Source of the DNA: Lama glama
Lineage: Eukaryota
Direction of reading: 5' to 3'
Assembly (NCBI GenBank): GCA_028534125.1
Contig: CM052817.1
Coordinates: 32,614,001 to 32,678,000 of the forward strand
Length of the DNA stretch: 64,000 bases
In this document: positions 12,681 to 25,898 of the stretch, in pieces
Numbering within the stretch: position 1 is the stretch's first letter
How the letters are laid out: the number at the start of each line of letters is the position of its first letter
The notes under the pieces: model-generated
Seen by the model: only the letters and a program-made list of their open reading frames with translations
Told to the model about the DNA's origin: nothing
Database searches by the model: none
Position numbers and translations under genes: made by a program

Positions 12681-13596
12681 AAATCTGCATGTAATTTTTA
12701 AAGTCTTCTTTATTTTAAAACTCTCTCTATATATACATACATATGTATATACAAAATAGTGGTTATTTTTCTGCTCAAGGCAAAAATGTTGGGTAAAATC
12801 CTGCAAGTTTCTACCAAGTTCCCAAACTTCTAGTCAGCCTTCATCTTCCTACCTTCCAAAATGATCATTTGACTGAATTTAATGTCTTTCTCCCAAAAAT
12901 GTTAGGTATAAAATTGTTTCTTAGGGCAGATGGTCTCTTTTTACTTATCTAGCAAGTATATAAAGGACTCCAGGTATTGGGGCAAGGTCACATGAAGGAC
13001 ACCCTCCAAGATTAAAACCAAGAAAGTCCAGATTGTGGATTTTGTTTAAAAAAAAAAAGGGATGAGAAGAAACCTATAGATTAAAGGAGACTTAAAAGAT
13101 ATAGCAGTTTTCTTAAATGATCAAGACTAAACAAACCACAGTGTCTAAGGATGCACATCAGGTAATAAAACTGTTTTTAAAAACACAAGAAAGTGATAGC
13201 TGGAAAGTCAGCAGACTGGTTACCTCTGGGGAAGCAGGGGTATGATTAGGACGGGGCACGTGGAGGGGCTTCTGGGCATCTCCCAAAGTTCTATCTCTTG
13301 TCTTGAGTGATGGTTACAGGGATTCAATATGCTCACCACATCCCATGAAACCACTCATTGGCTTTATGTGGTGCTCTGTGTCTGTGTTTTATTTTACCTT
13401 AAACACATCTTTTTAATTTAAGAATAATTTAAGCATATTATTGCCCAGTACAGGGGTAACCAGGAGAAGTGGTTAGAACAGGCGAGGGTAGTTCCTTCTA
13501 GGGGGTTGAATGGCTTACAGGTGATGAACTCCTATATTTCACTGTAAATCTTTTGATGCTGAGTTTTTCTGATTAAAAAATAAGTTAATTTTTAAG

Positions 13597-13710
13597 GGGG
13601 AGGGTATAGCTCAGTGGTAGAGTGTGTGCTTAGCATGCATGAGGTCCTGGGTTCAATCCCCAGTACCTCCCTTAAAAAATAAATAAATGTGATTACTCCC
13701 CCCGAAAAAA
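13597..13710 (+). mobile_element. Camelid tRNA-Ala-derived SINE (Vic-1-like)
   Basis: GGGGAGGGTATAGCTCAGTGG (A box)...GGTTCAATCC (B box), A-rich linker and C-run tail; related copies elsewhere in the window. Confidence 0.88.
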
Positions 13711-14229
13711 TAAAATTTTAAAATAAACTAGGGGTAGTAAAAGCATACATGCAGGACTGTCCAAAGGATTTAATGGTGCGTATGGCGCACGCAGCCCAGT
13801 GCCTGGCTGGCAGGAGACACTCAGTAAGTGGTGGTGATTCTTCTCCCACATCAAACATCAGGATGGAAAAACATGTCCGTAGGTCCCCAGCACTGCCTGG
13901 CACATAGTATGCACTCATTAAATATTTACTTAGTAAATGAGTAAGTGAATATAGGGATTTCTTTATATAATTCAAAATATTTTCAACATAAGCTTCCTAG
14001 CAAATCCTTGCTAATTCTGGCTCTGAGCCAGCTCAGAAATGCTACATCATATAAAGGCATTTGCAATTAGTGTGAGGGAGGTATGGAAGCAGGGCTCCAG
14101 TTAAGCATTTCAAAAGAACATAGCCTCTCTGCCCCCAGAAATAGTTGAATAGAAAAGCAATATTAAACTCTAAATTGCAAAACTAACATATATGCTAAAA
14201 ATTTTTAAGCTGCTATTTGCCCCACCCCT

Positions 14230-14945
14230 CTTCCCCACATGTGCACTAGACTTAGTGACTTGTTTCCAAAGAAGGGAGTGCGGAATATGAACAATAATGT
14301 TACAGTGGTAAAATCTGCAGACACCCCCGTAACTCAGGGACCAAGACCAACATCAACAGTGACAAGTCCTGTTGATGGTCTGCAATGAGAAGACGTCTCA
14401 ACTCTGTGCAATTCTTTCCCAAACTCATAAACTCAATCTAATCACAAGGAAAGCATCAGACAAATCGAAATTGAAAGACATTCTATAAAATATCTGACAA
14501 AACTGTCAAGATCATGAAAAAAGAGGGTAATTAGTTTGATTGTGGTAATTATTTCACAATGTATACATAAATTAAATCATCACACTGGATGCCTTCAAAG
14601 AATAAGTTTGTTGAGTGAAAAAAAATCATAAAAACTAGAAAAGAAGGCAAAACTGTCCCAGACTAGACTGTGGAACATGACAACTAAATGTGATATCGTA
14701 TCCTGGATTGAATCCTGGTACAGAAAGAGGACAGTAGTGGAAAAACTGGTAAAATCTGAATAAAGTCTGGAGTTTAGTTAATAATAATGTACCAAATCTT
14801 GATTTCTTAGTTCTGACAAATGTACCGAGGTGATGTGAATTGTTCACATTAGGGGAAAGGGGTGAGGGCTTATATAGGAGCTCTCTGGAATATCTTTGCA
14901 ACCTTTCTGTAAATCTAAGTTATCCCAAAATTAAAGGTTTATTTT
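14230..14945 (+). mobile_element. Old L1 (L1MC-like) 3' region
   Basis: catgacaactaaatgtgat...tcctggattg...aaatctgaataaagtctggagtttagttaataat...tatctttgcaacc. Confidence 0.75.
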
Positions 14946-15534
14946 TCAAGTGCTGCCTTTTAGACTCTCTCACTGCAAAATTCTTTAAGAAACAAAACCA
15001 CAACTTAAGCGTATCACATGGGAGGGATCGTACTGTAGGGTGTGCCCAGTACATTAGGGAGCATCCTGCTTTTTGAGTAATCCAGCTTTAAAGGAGTGAA
15101 GCAAAGAAGACAAAAGACAGACAGCCTTAGGGAAGGAAAAATGTTTTGAACACAAATCACCTGGCAGTGACTTCCATTTCCAGGTAATAGCAAATCCTCA
15201 CTCTTTCTTCCGTGGGTGAACTCCTGGAATGTTTGGACCACCTGATTGCAAGAACAGAGTAAGGAAGAAAAAAAAAAGTAGGGAAGAGCTTTCCACAGAG
15301 AGGGTTTGACCGGCTTGAGGAATTGGAGGAAGCCCAGTGTGGCCGGAGGGCAGGGAGAGGAGGAAGAGAGGGAGGATGTAAGCTCAGAGAGGCAGGGACC
15401 AGGTTGGACATGGCTTTGCTGCCATGCTGTGAAGAGGTTCATTTCATGAGATGCCACTGAGGGTGATGAACCTGGCAGAAGCACCGTCTGAAGTCTTTCC
15501 GTGGTCCCTCTGACCCCTAATGTGATGCTCTGAG

Positions 15535-16135
15535 AAGGAACCTACCCAAAATGAATCAGCTGCATTTATTTACTTGTGAGGAAACCTCAGACAAATTCAA
15601 ACAGAGGAGTGTTGTGTAAATGAGCAGCCTGCACTCTTCAAAGATCCTAATGTTATACAAGACAAAGAAAGTCTGAGATTAAAAAAGGCTAAAGACAGGA
15701 CAGCTAAATCTCTTTTGGGGACTGGATCCTGGAGGAAAAGGAATTTTATAAAGGGCATCTTGGGGATAATTTGTGAAATTTAAATATGAACTGTATATTA
15801 AGTAATAGTATTGAATCAATGTCAAATTCCTGAATTTGATCATTGCCCTGTAGTTACTATGTTAAGAGGCCACCCTTGTTCTTAGAAGATACAGGCTGAA
15901 ATATTTGGAAGTGAAGGCCATGATGTTTCCAGTATACCCGCAAGTGGATCAGCAAAAATAATAATAATAAATAGTAATAATAATATTAATAACACTAAGA
16001 CATACATATTCAAAGAGATAAAGCAGATATGGCAAAATATTGTAACCAATCGATCCAGGTAAAGAATATACAGGTGCTTATTATTCTATGCCTGCAACTT
16101 TTCTGTAGGTTTGCAATTTTTTAAGATAAAAAGGA
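15535..16135 (+). mobile_element. Old L1 (L1MC/ME-like) 3' region with (AAT)n at ~15957-15992
   Basis: gtattgaatcaatgtcaaattcctgaatttgat...gcaacttttctgtaggtttg. Confidence 0.7.
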
Positions 16136-16499
16136 AAAACAAATCCCTCAGGCTGCTGTACCATGAATGGACTGGAGGGGGCAGTAAAGAAGGTTGGTCC
16201 AGGCTGGACAGCAAGGTGGCTTGGACTAGGCATTTGGCAGTGGAAATGAAGAGATGCCTGTGTGGTTGACACATGTCTTGGAGGTGAAGGAATGAAGGGA
16301 AGAAGGCATTACATTTACACTTATCATTGCCACAAGTCTACGTGTCAGTTCCTTTCTAACTGGTATATTAGCACAATATTACCTTTCAACACGTTACAAT
16401 AATCATTAAAATCATCATCAGCATAAATGGTTTGTTATTGTTAATGTAATTATTACAAGCTACAAACTAATAACTTGTTTCCACTGAGATAACAAAAAC

Positions 16500-16620
16500 T
16501 CTTGGATGAACTATAACCACAGCCTGTGATCCAAGAGGTGTGCAGTGAGACCCCGGAAACGATGCCGAAAGCCTCCTGCTGGTTCTGATGCACAGTCGGA
16601 TGGGAGAAACTCTGCTCTAG
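16500..16620. mobile_element. MER5-type hAT MITE fragment
   Basis: ggttctgatgcacag...gagaaactctgctctag terminus. Confidence 0.5.
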
Positions 16621-17595
16621 AAACCCAGCCTTCTCTCGTCCAGGTCTGAGTTCCAGGCTCTCACCCCTGTTGTGCTGTGCCTCTCAGTGTTTCAGGGCAA
16701 ACCCGCCCTCAGGATAAGTGGGTCCATTAATCACTGTCCTGGAAGCAGGGATTGTCTGATAGACAAACAAGATTATTCAAGAGACCTTGAAGTCAAAGCA
16801 GGGGGTGATGTCATTACTCTAATGAGGGACTTTGAAACAATAGCTCCTTAAATTCCCTCTCCAGCCCTACCCTTCAACTTTCAGATTTCTAAATTTGATC
16901 TCAAGAATAGCAGAATAAGAATTTACTTGGTGGCATTTACAATTTAAATCATGTGACTTTTGGCAACAGTTACAAAACAACCCCAAATCAAGGAAAAACA
17001 TTTCAGCAAGACAAATTTCACAACTGGACCAGTTGGAAACTCTATACCTTGGTGAAAGGGAAACATCGGAAAAATGTACATGATCAACTTTCAAGCCTCT
17101 CTCTTGGCTCTAGGATCCTTGAGAGAATTCGACACCAGATGAGGATAGACATCAAGTCCATCACACTGTCCTCCAGCAAGCTTAAAATTATGCTTCCGAT
17201 AATTATCCTTAGATGATGGCTCCATGGTCTGCATACATTAAACAAACATGAAACTAAAAAATCTTGTTTGGCATTCATAAAAACCAACTAGTTCTCAAGT
17301 TCAGTGTTCGTTCTTGTCCAAAAGATTTAGAGTTCTTCTAATTTCCCTAAGTACTTTCCTGGACTAATTCAACATTTTCATGTAGCTACAGCTCAACCTT
17401 CTGAGCCTGCTAGTGTCAATCCTTCCTGCCTTGGGGGCAAAGTTTTAAATTTAAATGAAAAAATACTATTTGTACAAAGATATGTGTGCAAAGATACTTA
17501 CTGCAAAATTGCTTATAATAGCAAAAAAAAAACCCTAAATGTTCTTTAAATAAGTTATGGTATATCTATATGATAGATTTATATGCAATTAATTG

Positions 17596-17687
17596 AAAAA
17601 AAAATTTTTAATGGAGATCCTGAGAATCGAACCCAGGATCTTGTGCATGCTAAGCATGCACTCTACCACTGAGTTACTTCTTTCCCC
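17596..17687 (-). mobile_element. tRNA-derived SINE (diverged copy)
   Basis: Reverse complement GGGGAAAGAAGTAACTCAGTGGTAGAGTGCATGCTTAGCATGCACAAG...GGTTCGATTC. Confidence 0.8.
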
Positions 17688-17734
17688 ATTGCAATATATA
17701 TATATTTTTTTTCTGAATGGCATTTTGTATCTTG

Positions 17735-17903
17735 CTTTTTATTTTTTGGTTTTGTTTTTTAAATTTTTTTCTTTTTTTTTTTTGCAGGGGGGAGGTAATT
17801 AGGTTTACTTATTTATTTGATTTTTCAGTGGAGGTACTGGTGATTGAACCCAGGACCTCAGGCATGCTAGGCATGTGCTCTATCACTTGAGCTATACCTC
17901 CCC
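17735..17903 (-). mobile_element. Camelid tRNA-derived SINE with tail
   Basis: Reverse complement of the 13597-type SINE incl. AAACCTAATTACCTCCCCCC and A-tail. Confidence 0.85.
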
Positions 17904-19651
17904 GCTTATATATCTATATATATTTAATGAAGAAGCTCTAGTGTAGAAAGATTGACAAGACTATTAACCTGGGGGGAAAAGCAAGTTGCAGAATAACATT
18001 TAAAAACAATTATGTTTAAAAAATCAAAACTAAATGCATATGTACATGTTAATATTCTCTCTGTGCATATGTATGTGTGCTAATGCAAGAAAAGTTCTGG
18101 AAGGGCCTGCTACAAACTTTCGTTAGTAGTTTACCTTTGAAGAAGGAAATGGAGTTGGGAGAAAGCAAAGGGAAACTTTCATTTTTACTTGATTTAACCG
18201 GGTCTTGTTGAATTTTTAACTACAATCATGATTTGTGCATCACTCCTGTAATTTTCAAAACATTTGTACGTTAAGTCAAATGTATAAAAAATAAATAGCA
18301 AAAAAGCACTGTGAAGATTATTCTTTTTCTACTATGTTCTCCTAATTACAGACAATGAACATTTTGATTTTATTTTTTAAATAATACAAAGTGTTTTTAA
18401 AAAGAAAAGATAATCATGTTCTTTAACTGGAGCTGGGGAAAGCCAGGGAGCTTCTGAATAAAAGCCCAGTAGGAGATCCCTAAATGGTTCAGGAAAGTGT
18501 TGCCAAATTTGCTTCAGATTTGCTACAAGGTTCCTACAAGTTTGGAGCAGCTGGTTTGCTGAGCCAACCTTCAGGGGACCGACAGGAACTGAGATGCCTT
18601 CACAGCGGCCCCTGCCCACTGTGGGTTCTCCAGGGAGGAAGCAGCCAGCAAGCCCCTCTGTCCTTCAGCAAGGGCAGAAACAGCACTTGTGGGGACAACG
18701 CTGACTTAATCAGATGCCAACTGCAGGGACCGCTCCTGGGGCCGAATTGATCCCAGAGCTGCCTATAGAGGTTTGTACAAAGTGCATGAATGACAACTTG
18801 ATGATCTTAGCTGTCTCTGCTCTGTCTGTCATCGGCTGACCCAGATAGCATCCACCTATGCCTGAGACTCCAACGTGCCCGAAAGGAAAAGTAGGCATCA
18901 AACGCTAACTTTTCAACCAGGCCACAGCGGAGACCCCACATGAGATGATGTCTCTCAGAGAGGCGACCACACCTTCAAAGAGTCAAAGAATTAAGCTAGA
19001 TGGTTTTAGCATCGTCTTACTTCTTCTCTTAAATTAATCTGGGCAATGTCACTTATTCCTATTTTAAATATGTTATTAAGTGGAAGATTTGACTGGTACC
19101 ACTTTGTCCAGCCAGGCCTATTAATGAATTAATAATGACAAAATAACAGCTAATACTTTCCAAATACTGACGGTCAAACACTGAAGATATTGAATGCACT
19201 GAACACAGTGGCAGGCTTTGTGTTAGGCGCCTGACATAGTTCATCTTATTTAACCTTCACAACACTTAGACATGGGTGTTATTATTACCATCCTCATTTT
19301 ACGGATGAGGAGACTGAGACTGACCAGGATTGCATGGCTGGTAAGCATCAGAGCCTACATCCTTATTTGTGTTCGTTTGATTTCAACATCTGTGCTCTTA
19401 CCTGCTGGGTATTTGGGGGAAATATCTGTTCTTCAGATGAACAAAAGTTCTAAAATCCCTCTTCATTTGTACCTGAAATTAGAACCGCATAGCTTGAGTT
19501 CCAAAGACTCCAGAAGTCCAAGCCCCTGTCTTCTAGTCTCCAGATGGGAATGGTGACACTAGACCCATCTCACAGCGTTGTGAGAACCCAAGGTGGTAAC
19601 GCAAGCAAAATGCTTAGCTTAGTATCTGTCATGTAGAAATTGCTCAGTAAA

Positions 19652-19749
19652 CTAACATTGTAAATCAATTACACATCAATAAAAAAATTTTTTTAAATTT
19701 TAAAACCCAAAATATTAATAAAGCAAATGTGTGATCTAATAATAAAAAA
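19652..19749 (+). mobile_element. 5'-truncated L1 3' end with putative 3' transduction, inside a MIR
   Basis: Perfect 17-bp TSD AGAAATTGCTCAGTAAA (19635-19651 / 19750-19766). Confidence 0.85.
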
Positions 19750-20113
19750 AGAAATTGCTCAGTAAATATGTTATAAAAATAACTAATACTTGCAAAAGCC
19801 AGTAAATACATCAGCTGGTTAGTTTACCAATATGGCCAACAAACACCGCACAGAAAGTAGGGTCCAAGTCATGGGATACTGACTGAGGAAGTCTTGATGG
19901 AAGGACTGAAGAGACTGTGAGAAGTCAGTCCATGTACATGACAGTTTTACTTGGAACTAGAACCCACACTCTTGATGCTGGGCGAGGGAGTGGAGAGGAG
20001 GGAAAGAGATGGTAACACAGGGACCAGACAGAACAAGCTGGCTGGGTCCTCCTCTCCATCCTCCCATCAACAGTGCCATCTTACTGAAATCGAATGAAAA
20101 TGAGCTCAATGCT

Positions 20114-20406
20114 ATTTGAAAGTTACTAAGACAGTCAATCTCAAAAACTTTCACCATAGTGGGGAGGGTAATAGCTCAGTGGTTGAGCGCCTGCTTGGCA
20201 TACATAAGGTCCTGGGTTCAATCCCTGATTAAAAGAAAAAGTTCTCACCACAACAAAACATTGTAACCATGTGAGGTGTTGGGTGTGTCAGCTAATCTTA
20301 TTATGGCATTTATTTGCAATATATGCATGTCAAATCATTACGTTGTACATCTTAAACATACACAATGTTATATGTTAATGCTATCTCAATAAAGCTGAAA
20401 AAAAAA
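20114..20406 (+). mobile_element. L1MA-type 3' end fragment interrupted by a SINE
   Basis: gaaagttactaagac...ttctcaccac...atctcaataaagctgaaaaaa. Confidence 0.75.
20161..20235 (+). mobile_element. Short tRNA-derived SINE copy (head plus A tail)
   Basis: GGGGAGGGTAATAGCTCAGTGG...GGTTCAATCCCTG; degenerate TSD aaaaactttcacca / aaaaagttctcacca. Confidence 0.8.
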
Positions 20407-20515
20407 TAGTTCAGTGCCAGCTCTAAAAGGGGGAAAACCATGAAAGGGCAGCATTAAATGCTGAAAGATGTTTGGGTAAGGAAATAAAAGGAAGCATTAC
20501 CTGTTTAACACCAGC

Positions 20516-21107
20516 TTGGTGATTTTCAAACTGTGTTCCATGGAACCCTGCTTCAGAGGTTCCACAAATGTTTTCATTAGCATTTCACTTTTTAACTATA
20601 ACTTGGTTATATAATCAACGTACTCAAGGTTGTTATAAATCAAATTTAAACTCATCGGAGACCCTCCAACTCAGAAAACTTGGGAGGTTCACTTATTTTT
20701 ATGATGACCTCAAAAGTAAAAGTTCACCCACTACCTCTCTTCATTGAAAGGAATCTGGTATATTGCAAGACAACTGTTTAAGAAACAACAGCAGAAATAA
20801 AACAAAACAAAAACAGTATTTGCAACCATATATCTTTGTGAACTTGGATTTTCCTAATCCTCTGAGTGAAATAAAATTCAGATACAAACAGGGTGCCGAG
20901 ACCAATAACAGATGGCCAGTTTTAAAATTTCATGTTCTTCAAGGAGCCTCTTTGATCTTATTAACTTCATAAAATTAACGTTGAAAAGAAATGTACACTA
21001 ATAAAATACCATACAAAATAATACATACATACATAGTTTAGGTTCTGTATAATATTTTATTTTCCAAAAAAGATTGTGGTACCGAATGAAAAGCTTGAAA
21101 ACCTCAG
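20516..21107. mobile_element. hAT-Charlie-type DNA transposon relic
   Basis: Imperfect terminal inverted repeats ggtgattttcaaact ... agcttgaaaacctc; subterminal gttccatggaaccc. Confidence 0.55.
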
Positions 21108-23280
21108 CCCTTGATCATTTGGACAATGGGCAAGGGAGAGTGACTCTCTGGTTCCCACCCCCTCACCCGGCTGCTAAGACCACCTCTTTCTTTCCTGCCC
21201 AGACCCCTGCAGCTCTGCAGGTGCGGAAAGAGGGGGATTCAGAGAGCTGAAATGGAGCCGGAATCTCTCCTCTGCTGCGTGGGTCCACCACACACAGTAG
21301 TGACCCTGCTTCAACGCCGGGCGACTTCCCCCAGCCCCTCCTTCCTTATTCTAGGTAATACTGACTTAGGAAACAATGCAAGAAGTCTTGCTGAGATCTC
21401 AGGACTATGGAAAGTTTGCACTGTTATCCAGGAACCCGCCTTCCCTCTCTGGCACTCTTCCGTTTAGTCCACTGATCAGCGAAAGCAGCTAATGACAGGC
21501 CATGAGGAAAAATACCAACAGGAGAAGGCAGAGACAAATAGGAATATTGAGTCTGGTCCCATCTCTTTGGGAAACTCCAGAAGGAAGTAGATGGAAAGGT
21601 GAAAACCTAGAAGAGCAAGCATGTGAGCACTGTGAGCTGTTTTCACTTTTGCATAAAGATACCTAAGACCATCTTCTATATCCTACAGTGGTTATAAGGT
21701 GCCATTCTTTTCACTTTAATTTTCTGCATCAACATGGTCACCCTCAAACTGCAGTGTCACTTCCACTATACAAAGTAAGCCAATTTCAACTAGAAAATCT
21801 CTGTATTGAAAAAAAAAAAACTTCCTGCATTTATGTGAAAACATTTCAAGTTAGAGGAATGACACAGTATTTCAAGCTAGAGAAATGACAAAATAAGTGT
21901 ATAATCCCTGAGAGACGGTTGTTAATCTGAATTGTACTAACTTCACATAGGTGTCCTTTCAGAGGACAACTGTAGTTGATTTATAACATTATTCTTGTTC
22001 AGAGATCCTGGAGAGTGGGAGGCTTGTTAGTTTGGTAACTTTCCAGCACTATTGGAGAATTCCACCAGTCTGAAACAGGAATGGCTACAGTTAACTGGTA
22101 AAGCTGAGTCGTAGGTTCATGGAGATTCAGAAATCTATTTTATTTTTTATCTTACTTTTGTGCATGTTTAAAATCTCTCCTAATAGTTTTTAAAAATAAA
22201 ATGTATCTGCCTACCTTGAGATCTATTTTAAAGTAGATTCCATCAGCCAACTTCATCTAACTTTTCACGTGACAGAAGTCACACACTAACCAGCCTCGCC
22301 TACGAAGACTAGCACTTTCTTTCTCCCTGTTCCTTTTGGATCCAATTTTTGCAATTTTTTCCTTATTGAATGTTCTTCTCACATTTCCATCATCCACTGA
22401 TTCACACTCCTGTTCCCAGATGTCACTACAGACTTTCCGTCTCATTTCCCCATATATCCAAGCGGAGAAGAGAGAAATACTGAGCCTGATAAAATGAAAG
22501 TTCCATTAGATGTTCTAAGTCGGGGTCAGCAGATAGAATTACAAATAAAAGTCTCTATAAAAATGATGTAAGGCCACACCAAAATGCAAAACAATTTTCT
22601 AGAAATTCCAAAACCATTGAGTCCATTTGTAGGGAAGTCTCGGTGTTTATCACAAAAATCAGTAGCTTGTAGAGGATTTTAGCCAAAATGTGAATAGCAA
22701 AATAAAATGGTGTATTCACTGTTGGTCAGACGGTGAGGAGTAAAATTATGCCTCATCACCTGGCTTGCTGTGGGGAGCTCTCCTGACACTTCGCAAAATA
22801 AGACAGTAGCTCTTAGATCTTTGACTTAAATGCTTGTATCAATTTCTCAAAGATGCTATGTTTCTTTCTTTCCTTATTCTTTCTTCCCTTCCTGCTTTGT
22901 AAAATTAACAAGCTACGTAGGACCAAGAATCAATTATCCTCTACTCTCCTGTCCTGGTTCCTCCACTCCAGCGCTGTCTAATATCATGCACGTGTTTTCA
23001 CTCAATGACCTTCTCCATCCAGGAAGCTTCAGAGGTGACTCTGTCTTCAAGGAGGTCACTTTCTCCTCTCTTTGACCCTAGGATCCTGTGTTCCATGGTC
23101 CCTTCTTGCTGAAAGATGGTGGCCTTTGTAACTTAAGTCTTGGTTTGGAGTCAAGATAACTGTTGTCAGGTTTGGAGTTTGTTTCTAACAGAAACCCACG
23201 GACAAACAACGTATACAAAATGAAAGCTAGACGTGTCCTGACGTTCTTTGAGAAAAATCAGGGAGCATTTTAGGCCATTC

Positions 23281-23296
23281 CCACTAGAGGGCACTA
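23281..23296 (+). promoter_or_regulatory. Strong CTCF motif CCACTAGAGGGCACTA
   Basis: Close match to CTCF core CCA(C/G)(C/T)AG(A/G)GGGC(A/G)CTA, in non-repetitive sequence. Confidence 0.6.
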
Positions 23297-23949
23297 GACC
23301 CTGCACATGTCCTCAGTCACCTCTTCTGCCACCTGCCTTCACCCCTCTCTGCCCTGACCCCCACCCCAACCCTCCGATTCTAAAAAGCTCTTCCGCATGC
23401 ACCACAAGATCTGGATGGAACTACGACCTTGTCTGCTGTGGAAAATTGGAATTCCTGAAATAGATTTTATACCCTTCCTACAGATGGAGCTCAGGCCCTA
23501 TCTTATTTGTTCCAGACTCTGCCTCAAAGAGGAGTTCTGGCACTGCAGTAGACTCAAAGGCTCTGGAGGCCAACACAGCCGCACCTGAGGGATTCTAAAG
23601 GTAGGTGTGGAGGTGCCAGGAATCCATAAACAAAGAACAAAGCTCGTCGGTCTTACCGCATCCTGCCCATAATCACATTAGCTACCTCTCATGCTTTCCA
23701 GGAGTTTCTACACATCACAACCCTGCTCTCTCTAACTATATATTACAGGTCAGGAAAAACTGAGGTCCAGATTTATCCAAAGTTACTTGTAAGAAGCCTC
23801 TTTGGCACGCAGCCCACCACCTCCACCATCCCCTCTAGGCAGGAGTCACTGCAGATCCATTAGGCATCAGAACCCCAATGATGACCTGGAATGTGTGTGG
23901 CTGCCTCTCCTTCCAGCCATGAGACCCGCAGACCCAGGAAGCTGCCTTC

Positions 23950-24560
23950 TCTCTCAGTCTAGCACAGTCCTCTATCCATGCTCTCCAGACAGACCTCCAG
24001 GAGCACAACTGCGGTTAACAAAATCATGTGTAATCTCAGAGCAGCAAGAGGCCACACACTGTGGGGAAGCGTGGAGCATCTTAGTAAGAGGGTGTTAGAA
24101 CTTACAGGATTGGGGCTTTGGTTTAGTGATTTTGGGGAGAGTCCAAGAAACTCTGGGTGCTGGACTGGGTGCTGTCAGGAAGTGGGGCTAATCCTTTGAT
24201 CACATATCTTAATAAATCTCATCTAGGACAGATGGGAGCAGTGCTAACGCCAATATTGGTAAAGCAGCAGCAGTGACTTGGATCTGGCAGGAGAGGGATG
24301 TTTGGTATTTTGCGATTTGCAGTGACCTTGTTTTTTGTCCATGCTTCGGTGAAATTATGCAGTGGTCATGTTTATCGTCTCACTTCATTGTGGTCACAAC
24401 ATGACCCTGTCTGAGGTTGGTGTTCTGAGCGACTGTTTCTGTCCTACCAGAAAACACGATGGCCCAGCTGGAGTGCCGGGTCAGTTCTGGACAACATCCT
24501 AAGCACAGCTGCTGTTGGCTATTTTCTGGATGTCAGAAGCTGCTTCCCGCCCACCCCCCT
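23950..24560 (-). mobile_element. Ancient LTR (MER76-like; family tentative)
   Basis: gtgattttggggaga...tgctgtcaggaagtgggg...tcttaataaatct...ggtaaagcagcagcagt...gatgtcagaagctgctt. Confidence 0.6.
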
Positions 24561-25892
24561 CAACCTGTCTTTAGTCTTATCTTTTATGCCTAGAAGATGT
24601 CATGGGGATTAGATTAAATGAAACAGTATAGCACAGTACCCCACAACTTCCTAATTATTTGAGTAACTAGCTATCATATGCTGTCCATGGTTTTGGCAGT
24701 TGCATCTCTGCCTCCCCTGAAGGCCTGCGGAGAAGGGTCCTCCTTTGCCAAATACCACTGTTTAGCATCCTAACCCCAAGGTCATGTCCAACATCTGACT
24801 TAGGGGACAAACCTCTAATATCATCCAACCAGGAAGGCGGAGTCAGGACTTGAATTCAGATCTTCTGCTTCCTGTTCCTTTGCTGCCCCATGTGCTATGA
24901 TGACAGGACCAGCTAGGCACAGCCCACCTGGAACCTGGACTTGCCGTTCCAAGCCCAGTTGGGCTTTCTCACACTGCTATCGAGCCTGCAGTTCTCCTAT
25001 GAGAGATAAAGGTCCAGGCAACAACAGAAAGGGTGCTGAGTCTGTGGGCTGCCTATCAGTTAAGGGCACTGGCGGGGCACCCTGGGACCATGTAACCCTG
25101 CAGGGCGAAGGCACAGATGCTGCAGTGAGACCTGAGGCTAGCGGTGACCCAGTAACGTTAGAAGGGTCTTTGCCTATTCCCTCCTCCTACCCTGCCCCCA
25201 CCTCCTTATTCTTCTATATTCTGTACAAATTCCCATCTGAGGACAGATTCTGAGTGAGTTTGTGCTTCGTAACCTTCCCAGACTTGTCCAGTGACCTGGG
25301 TTGAGGGTCAGGTCATCAATGAACATCCAGGAGGAGGTTTCCTCTCTCCCACAGCCTTCACCCCTACCGCCACTGAAGCCTCAGAAGTCCAAGTTGGAAC
25401 AGGCAACAGGCACTTCTCAACCCGAGACAGGTGCTATAGTGAAGGGACAGCTTGCTGCTGAAGACAGGAAGGCTTGCTCTCAAATTTTTCTTCTGTTTAT
25501 TTTCTGTTACCTCAGCACAGAATGTTCTCGCAGGCAAGGTCAATTAAAAGACATCCTGCAATACAAATACGGCTGAGCTGGATGATAAGAGGAGGATTTG
25601 GTTAAATATATAGAAATGGTGGTTTCAACTGTTAAATTATTTTGCTTCCTGCCAAGTCAAATCTACGTCTCAGTTTTCTTCTCCAACCTCCCAAACTACC
25701 ATGAGGAAGTAAGAACAAACCAGGATTTCCACCCACAACACAAATGCCCAACGTTTCTAGGCAGAGTTTCGGTGGAATTCCACACTGCCTTGCTACAGCA
25801 TGCACGCTCCCTTGGGGCAAAGAAAAAAGTGAAAGACACATCCGTGTAACTCACAACATGAATACGGTACCCTCCAGGTCGTTAATAAATAC

Positions 25893-25898
25893 TTTATT
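25893..25898 (-). terminator. Candidate distal poly(A) signal of USP46
   Basis: AATAAA on minus strand followed ~30-70 nt downstream by GU/U-rich sequence (ATGTTGTGAG...TGTGTCTTTCACTTTTTTC). Confidence 0.6.

Noticed and set aside
13597..13670. tRNA-Ala(AGC)-like sequence (also at 17610, 17830, 20161, 34653, 55280)
   Set aside because: Altered 5' end, multiple diverged copies, shared non-tRNA tail and TSDs identify these as SINEs, not tRNA genes.
24890..25300. Possible ancient LTR or 118-aa ORF
   Set aside because: No termini, TSD or family motif that I can support, and the ORF has no recognisable homology.
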